Assembly (NCBI GenBank): GCA_048013815.1
Contig: CM106585.1
Coordinates: 17,298,001 to 17,362,000 of the forward strand
Length of the DNA: 64,000 nucleotides
Reading direction: 5' to 3'
Source: Setoptus koraiensis
Taxonomy: Eukaryota > Animalia > Arthropoda
Under the pieces are notes generated by a model. It was given only the letters and a program-made list of their open reading frames with translations. It ran no database searches and had not been told where the DNA came from. Shown here piece by piece: positions 48,898 to 59,267 of this stretch (the stretch's first letter is position 1; every line of letters begins with the position of its first letter). A program made the translations under genes and the position numbers.

Positions 48898-51371
48898 ATG
48901 CATTATTTGTTTCTTATTTTGATATTGGCTCTGCCAAAAGCGTCTGATCCGGCTTTCACGGCCATTCAAAAGGCTAAAATATTATACATTTATTCCTTAA
49001 ATGATGAGGATATTTGTGCAACACGTGAAAATGTAAAGGAGTTACGTGATTTGGGCCAACTAGACGTAGACGACCTACCTACCCAGCGAGACCTGGATAA
49101 TTTTAAAAATTATTACTTCACCTACGGCATACAAACCCATCAGGGCCAAAAACGATCTTCTCCGTGGAGGGTGACACCTGACATTCTGGCGAAAGTGCAT
49201 GAGTTGGCGAACGACGGCCAGAGACCAAGCAGTTCAAGAACTATCGCAGATGCTGTCGGTCTTTCGCACCCTACGGTCCTCAAGATTCTAAAGAAAGAAT
49301 TAAAGCTCAAACCGTATCATTTTAGAACACTGCACTCCATCATGGATCATGAGGCCGATCGCTTGGAATTCGCTGACATTATATCAGAGAAGACCAACCG
49401 AAATCAAGACCACAGTTTTATAAACAAAATCGTATTCTCTGACGAGGCTATTTTCAGTTTGGTGGGGATTGGAAATAAGCACAATACAATATTTTGGTCG
49501 AATTCCAATCCGAACCACCAATACGACAGCAAACGACTGGGCACGAAAAAGTTGATGGTATGGTGCGGGTTCTCGGTGGATAAGAGATTTGGGGTGTTGT
49601 ATGGAACACGTACCCACCCCGATTTCCTCCAAACTCCACACATGTGCACCGAATGGGCCCCAAAGAACAAATAAATTAGTCCGGAAGTGCGGAAATTTTC
49701 ACTTCCGGAGATATCGAAAAATCAGTTTTATTGGTCTCACAGAAGTCTTATATCGTAAATTTTGGCATGAACGCGCAGCTCTCGTTGCAATATACGCGAT
49801 GGCATCATATGAAATCATATTAGACAATTCGATCCCGAGAAATTCACTGTTTTCTATATCCACCACTTCCGGTCCGAGAATTAACGCGAATTGAGGAATC
49901 TGTTTGGCGTAATTGTTCATTCAGGCTTGCAACTTGAACACAAGGCCGAACAGAACCCGGCCCGATCGCGGGCCCCGCCCACTCGACCCCCAGCCTACGG
50001 AAAACAATCCTTTCCCGGGATGCGGGACGGCCCGTAGGGCCGTCACGAGGCAGGCCGTCAATCGTCCCGCTGTCGGCCGAAGGCCGACGGCGTGGACGGT
50101 AGGCCGGCCTATGCGGGTGGGCCAAAGGCCCACCCGCACATCGTGGCACCTCCTGAGGGGCACAGCCCCGAAGTGCGTGCCCAGAATCCCCTCGATGATA
50201 CGAAGAGCCTTCCTAAGTTAAATCACTTTTATTCTGCTCCTGTGGCTGCTAGGGAGAATCTACTTTCGGTGAATGACCATCAGTACCACACCGGATGCGA
50301 ATGCGGAATGGCACTGCCTCCCGTACCCCAAATATGCCCACAATTACCTTAAAATACCCACAAGGCGGTACCTCGGGTATCTCGGGAACGAAGGATTTCC
50401 GCACTTCCGGAATACCTTTTCCAGTCTCAGGGCATCATACTCTACCCAAAAATACCCAAAATACCCAAATCGGGCTGGGTACGTGTTCCATACAATAACC
50501 GAGATTTGGCCCATATTTCTTCGACGGCCGAGTTAACAGTGACACTTACATTGCAATGTTGAAAGAAACTCTATTTAACAATCAAGAGACAGTGAATTTA
50601 TTCAAGAACGGTTCACTCATCTTCATGCAAGACGGTGCACCGCCGCACACAGCGATAAACACAAGGTCATTTCTAAATGCAAACTCCCCATATTGGATCG
50701 GCAAAAAATCGAATTTTGTCCAGTGGCCGCCCTATAGCCCAGATTTAAATCCTCTGGATTATTTTTTGTGGGGGTACATGAAGGCGCAAGTCTACAAGGA
50801 CCGTTATGTATATGGAAGTTTAGAGGAGCTCAAAAGAAAAGTAACCGATGTATTTAATTCGATACCACAGAAGATGTTAGCAGATTCTATACAATCGAGT
50901 TTCATGAGGAGAATATTCTTTGCAAAAAAGCTCGGTGGAAAACAGGTTGATTTTGCGGTAGAGAACAAGCCTGTCAACGAGTCTCTAAATTGGTTATCAC
51001 ATGACGAGGAACTTTTGCTGGCCGTTGCCTCGCTTAATCTTGACACTATTGACAATCTCAGGGCTTTCGACGAGCAAGATGAGGCCACTGAAGATGATAA
51101 TATTGACATTTGTCCCGCGGCAGGGTCTAGAAATAAAAGATCATCCGAAATTTGCAAATTAGAAGAGGAAGCCCTACGCAACGTGACCAACTACTGTGAA
51201 AGACAGAAGAATGAGGAACAGAACACCGAAGAAAAGGACAGTGAAGGACGTTGCAGGAAACGAAAATGTCCGAAATGCCCCAAGTGTCCTGCGTGCCAGC
51301 GATGCAACCAAAGTCCGAGGATAGGTGCTAGGCCAGCGCCCAAAATCCGTCTAACAGGAATCAAAGGATAG
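48898..51371 (+). CDS. DD41D Tc1/mariner transposase, 518 aa once the MITE is removed
   Basis: HTH region, FSDEA, QDGAPPH-(41 aa)-PDLNPLD. Excising 49593-50500 plus one TSD restores the frame (KRFG-PYFFDGRVN). Confidence 0.85.
49593..50500. mobile_element. 908-bp MULE-like MITE with 9-bp TSD
   Basis: TSD GAGATTTGG at 49584-49592 and 50501-50509, ~30-bp TIR (TTGTATGGAACACGTACCCAnCCCGATTT), and no transposase. Confidence 0.85.
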
Positions 51372-51378
51372 AAAACAT

Positions 51379-51458
51379 TGTTACAATAACCAATACTCTG
51401 TTACAATAACCAATACTCTGTTACAATGACCAATATTCTGTTACAATAACCAGTATTC
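51379..51458. repeat. 20-bp tandem repeat x4 (TGTTACAATAACCAATACTC)
   Basis: Directly visible just after the transposase stop, followed by AATAAA. Confidence 0.9.
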
Positions 51459-51475
51459 AATAAAGATAATAAACA

Positions 51476-53808
51476 ACAAGTTATACTGATTATACCAGTA
51501 TAAGAGCGCTTAATTTTTCCAGTGAACAATTTTAAAGGTTTGGACAGTTTATTAAGAAATGATAAGTGCTAGCTGTCTCTAGAAAGTTTTTCAAGAATTT
51601 ATCCTGGTGAGAACAGTTTCGAAAATTGCACATAATGTATGGGCACATGTGATCAGAAATCACATGTATTGAATGAGCTAACATGATCCAGAATTGCCTA
51701 TAGCGCCAATATTTGAAACAGAAAATTGATAAGACTTGCACAGATCGTGTATGGCACAGTGCTTGCTGTCTCTAGAAAGTTTCAAGAATTTATCCTGGTG
51801 AGAACAGTTTCGGAAATCGCACATAATGTAATACTTGCACAAAATGTTTCGAGCAACATGCACAACACATACACGCAGTATCATCAAAACGGATAGGTGG
51901 GAACATGTTCAGAAATCGATGACTATACATGACATCCGTCATCCGAAATTTCTTTCTGTCTCGAAAACGACCAATTGATCCCTGATCATACTTGCACATA
52001 ATGTTGCGAGCAACATGCACAACACACACACGCAGTATCATCAAAACGGATAGGTGGGAACATGTTCAGAAATCGATGACTATACATGACATCTGTCATC
52101 CGAAATTTCTCTATGTCTCGAAAACGACCAATTGATTTCTGATCATACATGCACAGAATGTAGCGAGCAACATGCACAACACATTCACGCAGTATAATCA
52201 AAACGGATAGGTGGGAACATGTTCAAATATCACGATATTCACATGACATCCGTCAGCCAAAATTTCTTTCTGTCTCGAAAACGACCAATTGATTTCTGAT
52301 CATACTTGCACATGATGTTGCGAGCAACATGCACAACACATTCACGCAGTATAATCAAAACGGATAGGTGGGAACATGTTCAGAAATCGATGACTATACA
52401 TGACATCTGTCATCCGAAATTTCTCTATGTCTCGAAAACGACCAATTGATTTCTGATCATACATGCACAGAATGTAGCGAGCAACATGCACAACACATTC
52501 ACGCAGTATAATCAAAACGGATAGGTGGGAACATGTTCAAATATCACGATATTCACATGACATCCGTCAGCCGAAATTTCTTTATGTCTCGAAAACGACC
52601 AATTGATTTCTGATCATACTTGCACATGATGTTGCGAGCAACATGCACAACACACACACGCAGTATCATCAAAACGGATAGGTGGGAACATGTTCAAATA
52701 TCACGATATTCACATGACATCCGTCAGCCAAAATTTCTTTCTGTCTCGAAAACGACCAATTGATTTCTGATCATACTTGCACATGATGTTGCGAGCAACA
52801 TGCACAACACACACACGCAGTATCATCAAAACGGATAGGTGGGAACATGTTCAAATATCACGATATTCACATGTGATCAGAAATCAGATGTATTGAATGA
52901 GCTAACATGATCCAGAATTGCCTATAGCGCCAATACTTGAAACAGAAAATCGATAAAACTTGCAAAGATCGTGTATGGCACAGTGCTTGCTGTCTCTAGA
53001 AAGTTTCGAGAATTTATCCTGGTGAGAACAGTTTCGAAAATCGCACATAATGTAGAGACACATGTGCCACAATATGGCCTATAGCGCCAATACTAGAAAC
53101 AGAAAATTGATTTGACTCGCACAGATCGTGTATAGCATCGATCCACCTCCTCACAATACATTAACCTCTGCATGAGCCCGGGACTTAAAATTCAATTCAC
53201 CTCCCTGAAATGTGTGTTTGGGAGGTGGACGAACCTTCGAGTCTTAAACTTGTATGTAGGTTGTTGCATGCTCAGGAGGTGAACTTATTGTTTGAGCTCA
53301 AGCTAGTCCACCTCCCAAGCATGAGTCGCCCCACTCTATTTTGAGTAGCTAAACCTATCTCGTTATAGCTTCGGTCCACCTCCTAACTAGACATGAGCCC
53401 GAGACTAAAAATTCAATCCACCTCCCTAGTAAATGTGTGTTTGGGAGGTGGACGAACTTTCGAATCTCAAGCTTGAGTGTACCTCCCACCTCCCAAGCAC
53501 ATTCCTGCCTACACACTCACTAAGCATTGATTATGCTAGTGCTAATGTATGCAAGCACACAGCGCGTGACTCTCAAGATCGAAAACTGTGAATATCCACA
53601 AATAAATCGGTACGTGGATATTCACTGGCATACAAAGTCGGGGTATTCACAAGCACACAGCGCGTGAATCACCATAGCACAATTGGTGAATATCCTATGA
53701 AATGCACGAATTAAGTATCCACCATCATACCGTGCGTGGATATTCATGCGTGATTTCCAGGATCCCACAGCACTACATCATAAGCCCTTAATTAAAATTA
53801 AGCGCTAA
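51476..53808 (-). mobile_element. Complete HINE family-2 copy
   Basis: TTATACTG..CAGTATAA hairpin and subTIR at 51481-51510; 5' CTTAATTAAAATTAAGCGCT at 53787-53806. Confidence 0.8.
51822..52870. repeat. 157-bp satellite, ~7 units
   Basis: AAAACGGATAGG recurs at 51886, 52043, 52200, 52357, 52514, 52671 and 52828. Confidence 0.9.
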
Positions 53809-54533
53809 AAATCAGCCCCCAAGTGCCCAGCCTCATTATTAGCGTCGTGCGAACCTGTGCGTCATCACAGTGCCGTCTGTGACGAAGCACAGGTAGAGCG
53901 CAGAAGCATTCTTTTTTGTGCGAAAGAACAGAGCGCAGAAGAAGTCATTTACCACCCTGTAAACAGATATTCACTAGTTTTATATAGATTGGCAAGTCTT
54001 TTATTATTACATAGTGGCAAACACCTACTACATTTACAAACTTTTGTATATATAGATAGATAACAAATGATACACTGTTTAATTATCATTCAGTTGGTGT
54101 CATATCAAGCACATATATTTATGTATCAATATATATATGTTGTATGTCTGTGATGTTTGTGGCGGTGGTTAGTGGTCATGGTGGTCGTTTGGCGTCGCAA
54201 CAACAATTTTGTTTCAATTGAGTGGTTGATATGATAAATGTCATCCTGATGATGATGATTATGTGAAGTGATGTGATTTGTGTCCAAAAGAGATCATTTT
54301 ATAAAGAGAAGTGCTGGCAAGATTCATGCTATAACAAGAGAGTTCAATACATAGATGAGTACAGTATGTTGATGGGATTGTAGGGGGAAGTCTATGCCGA
54401 TATAATCATAATAATAGTTACGTATATACGTGAATTGGAAATCATTTTGCTTGAATCAGTGAAAAGCAGATTTAGCATTGATCCAATGGTGTGTCTCTCA
54501 ACGGGTAGCCTTGAATATCATCCATGTCCGCCG

Positions 54534-57500
54534 TTACTCGTCACTTTTAATGAGATCCTCTTTTTTGTCTTGCTTGCTGTCATTGTTGTTGTCGCTACTG
54601 TTTGCACTTCCGTTGCCATTTAGCGCCAACGGTTGATGCCTGGGCAACATTGATTGGTTGATCTTGCCACTACCTGAATGATTGCTGCCACTATTCGGAT
54701 CGTTTGTCCTAAAGTCTATATTCCATGTTTGCGACGATTGTGGTGGTATTATGCGCCGCGGTTGATGATGTTCAGTAGAGAATTTGCATTTCAATATTCT
54801 CATATAAGTGCGACGAAATTGTGCATTGCATAAGGCATAACATAACGGATTAATCGTGCTATTTATATAGCATAGGTAATAGGCAAAATTCCAAATTTTT
54901 TCCGGCACCAAATCCTCGCCGCCTGATAATGTCTTAATTAATACTAACACATTATAGGGTAACCAGGTAACAATAAACACCAATAGCAGTGTGGACAACG
55001 TTTTGGCGGCCTTCCTTTCGCTTTTAGGCTGCTGGGGATGATGCGACGAATAGGCGCTTGTAACAGCTATCTGATTAGATTGATTGTTGTTGTTGGTGGT
55101 GGCGCCATTAGAATTACTTTTGTTGTTGCTGGTTGTTTTGGTTGTTGTTGTCGCCTCTGAAATCGAGCCGGTCGAATCCGTGGTTGATTTTGAGTTTACC
55201 ATAGCCTGTTTTCCTTTCATGCTTGTTGAATCAATTGCATCATTGTTTAGGGGCCTCTTTTTATCTTTGTGATTTACTATTTTGTTGTTGTTACAATTTG
55301 TTGTTTGTACATCACTATTGCTATTGTTGCTGCTGCTATAATCTTGCGTTATAACTGCATTGCCAAATTTAGCCTTGCTCACTGATTTGTTATCCTTGTC
55401 AGAGTTGCGCCGTTTCTTCGTTTTATTAACTCCATTGTTTGTTTGTTTATTCGCTGACTGTCTAAATAAATGGGGACACATTGAACGCCACGATGCACTC
55501 GATTTTTGACGCTGTTGCTGATGCAGCATCATGCAATCTGGGCTCGTTTGATAGTGCGACTGTGACGGGTCCAATTCAATTATGTCGCCACTATCATTGA
55601 TTGCTGGTGATTGTATATCTTTGAAGGTGAGCTTCTGATTGAGTTTCTTTCTCTTGGCCCCCAGTTGCTGTTGGTCAGTGTTGTTGTTGTTGTTGTTGCT
55701 TGCTTTATTGATTAAGGGCTCTTGTTGTTCTTGTTCCTCCATTGTTGTCAATTGATATTGATCCTTATTCAGAGATGTTCTGTTCTTGTTCTGTTGTTGC
55801 TTTTGTGTTTGCTGATTTATTTGTTCATCGAAAGAAACTGCTATCAGTTTGTCGTCTCCCTTCATCATGTCGTGGCTCGTATGTACGGCACTGGCAACGG
55901 AATTGTCGCGCAATTGACGACAGCCACTTGTTGACGTCGAATCAGCAGCAGCATTTGAACTGCAGCAACAGCAACAACAAACCGGACAATAATCTGTCAA
56001 ATTACTATTTACCGTTATGGCGTCTGCTTTGGTGTCGTAATAACAGTTAGAGCAGTCCAGTTCGTTTTGACACGAAGTGTTTTTCGTTGTTTGTTGTGCG
56101 CCTAGAATGTTGTTTTGCGCACAACATTGGGCCTCTTGAGGAGAGCAACAGTTCAAGTTGAGCTGAGATGGGCTCTTATTATCCTTTAGACTCTTTAAAT
56201 TGTCGCCGTCATCCAATAGCAACTGGTCATCGGGTGGCTGCTGCGACAATCTGTCGTTTGACCGTTGTTGTTGGGATAGCACGGTTGGACAGCAGCTACA
56301 ACCACAATTACAAGCTTTGGTCTTGCTGTCCGTCGTTGTTGTTGTTGTGGCAGCACTACAATCCACACCAGAACAGATACAAGCTGTGGTCATCTTTTTG
56401 CTTTTGCTATGCTGACTGTGGCTTCGTCTTCTTGTTTTGTCCTTGCCAACCAAGACTGAATCTTGACCAGTGTCATTGTTTTGGCCGGTTGTGTCGCACG
56501 AACTGTTGTTGTGATGGTTCCTGGTGGAGGCACAACTGTGGTGTCGTTGATGATCGACCTGCTGACAGCAGTTGCAACAATTGTCCACGCTGTGACAATG
56601 ATTACTATTGGTCATTTTGCAAGTTTTGATTTTTGATCTAGATTTGCGCGTGACGCTATGGTGATGATGGTGATGGTGTTGATCTATTTCCGGTGCACCA
56701 CTCAACTGCTGCTGCTGTTGATGATGGTGATGACTGTACTTGTTGTTGTGATGAGCGTGGTGATGATGGTGGTGGTGCAAATGCTGTTGCTGGTGCTGAT
56801 GATGATGGCTGTGATTATGATGGCCGGAATGGTGTGAGTGGTGCGAGTGATGCGAATGGTGATGCGAATGATGATGAGAATGATGATGAGTTGCGTGAGA
56901 ATGATTGTGAGAGTGATGCCGATGTCGGCCCATGTCGGACATTTTGTTGAGCTTGTGATCAGTGTGGTTGCGCAGAGTTGCATCGTCGTCCGCTAGGCCA
57001 TCATTGGCCAGATCCATCAGGGGCTCGACGGCCAGATCTTCTGGCGCGTCCAATTGAGATTGTGATTTTGAGCGCTCACTCTGTTTGTCGTCAATCATTT
57101 TAATGCAGGCGTTTTTATCACTTTCCAATTGGATCAATATGGTGTAAATGGATGAATCGAGCCGCTGATTGGGCCCTGTCGATGGGTGCTCACAAAGATC
57201 GCTTGCGTTTGTTTTATATGTGTTGTTTGTTATGAGTGAATTGGTTGTTTTTGATTCACCTGCTTGTTGAGCCGATTGCAACAGACCGTTGTTGTTATCA
57301 CAAATTGTTTGCGCCAGTTTTGTTTGTTCGAGCAGGCTCAGTTGCATTGTTGGCTTGCTCGATTGTTGTTGCTGCTGCTGACTGTTGCTGCTGTTAATGC
57401 TGTTGGCCGACGAATAGCCCAATGTGGGCACCGACGAACCCAAATCGAGACAACTCATCTGTTGTTGGTATGATTCAATGTGATCCAGTTCCGATTGAGA

Positions 57501-59267
57501 CGGATAAACTTTGCGCCATATATTACTTCCGGCGCCAGAAGCGCCGCCTACACTAGCGGAAGTCTTTTTGTTTCGATCGTTAGAGCGCGTTCGATCGGAT
57601 GTGTGAGCATTGTGCTTCGTCGAGTGGCTGCCGTTGCAAGCCACTTGGCAAGGCGACAGTGACAACGTTGAACAGGTGATCAGCTGATGGCAACCAGGCT
57701 GAGATGAGCAGCTTGTGGATAGGAGCTTGCGTTGCATCTTACAATTAGCTGACAATTGTTGCGCACTCTGACAATTCTGAGTGCTCTTTTTTGTCGTTGC
57801 TGTCTTGCCAGAGCCCAGTTTTGTGGCGACACCCGTTAGTTGGCTCGCATTTGATTTGCAATTCAACTGCCTGCATTGCGAATGCGCATTTCTCGGCTTG
57901 CTCCAATTACAATCATCACAATTGCTATCCATGACGCAACACATGGGACAACGATTGCGCAATCGCTGCCTCTTGCTGTTGCACTTGCTGTTAGGCTGAT
58001 TAAGTTGCTTTTGTGAATTGTTAACAGCGTGCTTCGGACACTTGGGACACGAACATCTAAATGGGAATGGGGGCGAGGGCAAGTTGTCGGCCATGGTGAG
58101 CGGCTTGGGGCGACATCTACAATTGGATTTCGACAAATCGCCACTGTTGTCGTCGTTACTATTACAGGTGCATTGAAGTTGGCCATATAGATCCAGAGAA
58201 CAACAAACAACGGGCGCATCGTCGGCGTTATTAATTAATTGTTGCCTCTGCCGCTGTTGTTTCTTGCTGCTGTTTGTTCCTGTTTGCTCGATAAATTGTC
58301 TGTTGCCCTGCTGTGGCTGTTGTTTTAGGTTATCATTGCTGGCCGCCATCACTAAATTATCACTCAATTTATCTTGTTTAGTGTGCTCATTCTCGTGGTT
58401 AGCTTGCGCCTGTTTAATTGATTGCGCTATTGTCACTACCTGTTGTTGTTGTTGTTGCTTGTGGTGCCATGTCAAATCATCCCTTTCGTTGGTCATCGTC
58501 GTTGGCTTCTCATCCGCGGCTGTCTTATTCGCCAGCCTAATGTTACTGTCGGCTTTTGTCTGCTGTCTCAGTGACATTTGATTGGTGGCGCTGACACTGG
58601 TCATCAGTTTGACATGTTGTTGCTGTTGTCGTTTGGATAAGGGACGTTGTTGTTGCTTCTGGCTACATTGTTGCCTTGTTTGAATGGTTGCTAATGGACG
58701 TATAGGCGCTCTATTGGGTGCGGCGGCGCCCACTCCCGACACCAAGAACAATGTTGTTAAATCGCGGTATCGTTTTTTGGTTTCGCGCCAAATGCGCCAA
58801 TATAACACGATCATTATAGTGACGGGTATGTAAAAGGCAGCGATGGCAGTGACAAACGTCAAATAACTGTTTGCCTTGACAAATTCAATTTCGCACTTGT
58901 CGTTGCCCTGAACAGTACGTTTGCCTTCAATGTAGGGCCAGGCATAACTACATTCGTGTGTGCGTCAGATAAAACCAAATAAATAGTTTGTTATTTTTTA
59001 ATATATTCAAATCATAACGAAAAATAATTTAAATTTAGCTTTTTATTTTTTTTTTCTATACTTACATCCAAGGAGGCCAGAGCACCAACGATATGAGCCA
59101 AGCGCCGGCAATCATAAGACAGGCGCGAGTTGTTGTGCGACGGGCGCGATAAGTCAAGGGTCTTGTGACAGAAAAGAACCTGTCGAATGAGATTATCAGC
59201 ATGTTGAGGACGGCAGCGTTTGAATTGAGATAGTCGAAGGCGAGCCAAGTGTCGCACATAAAAGCAC
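54534..59267 (-). CDS. mAChR-A: Muscarinic acetylcholine receptor, A-type (TM3-TM7; 5' exons outside the window)
   Basis: Exons 59267-59066 and 58947-54534. Motifs [66 protein letters not shown] and [17 protein letters not shown]. Confidence 0.92.

Larger units (their letters stand above)
47213..53959 (+). mobile_element. Putative DD41D (rosa/Visitor) element with three nested insertions
   Basis: TA|CAGGGTG at 47211-47219 and CACCCTG|TA at 53953-53961. About 2.1 kb remains after removing the inserts. The TIR match is only 7 bp plus TA. Confidence 0.5.

Noticed and set aside
49593-50500. MITE acting as a spliceable intron restoring the transposase
   Set aside because: No convincing donor, polypyrimidine tract or AG at the boundaries.
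51822-52870. CRISPR-like regular repeats (also 40445-40965)
   Set aside because: Units are contiguous with no unique spacers and no cas genes; these are eukaryotic satellites.
30134-53808. Autonomous Helitron/Helentron Rep-Helicase
   Set aside because: No HUH or PIF1 helicase motifs found; all copies here are non-autonomous.
55084-58581. Plus-strand ORFs overlapping the receptor (also 8902-9114 and others antisense to genes)
   Set aside because: Antisense shadows of low-complexity coding sequence.
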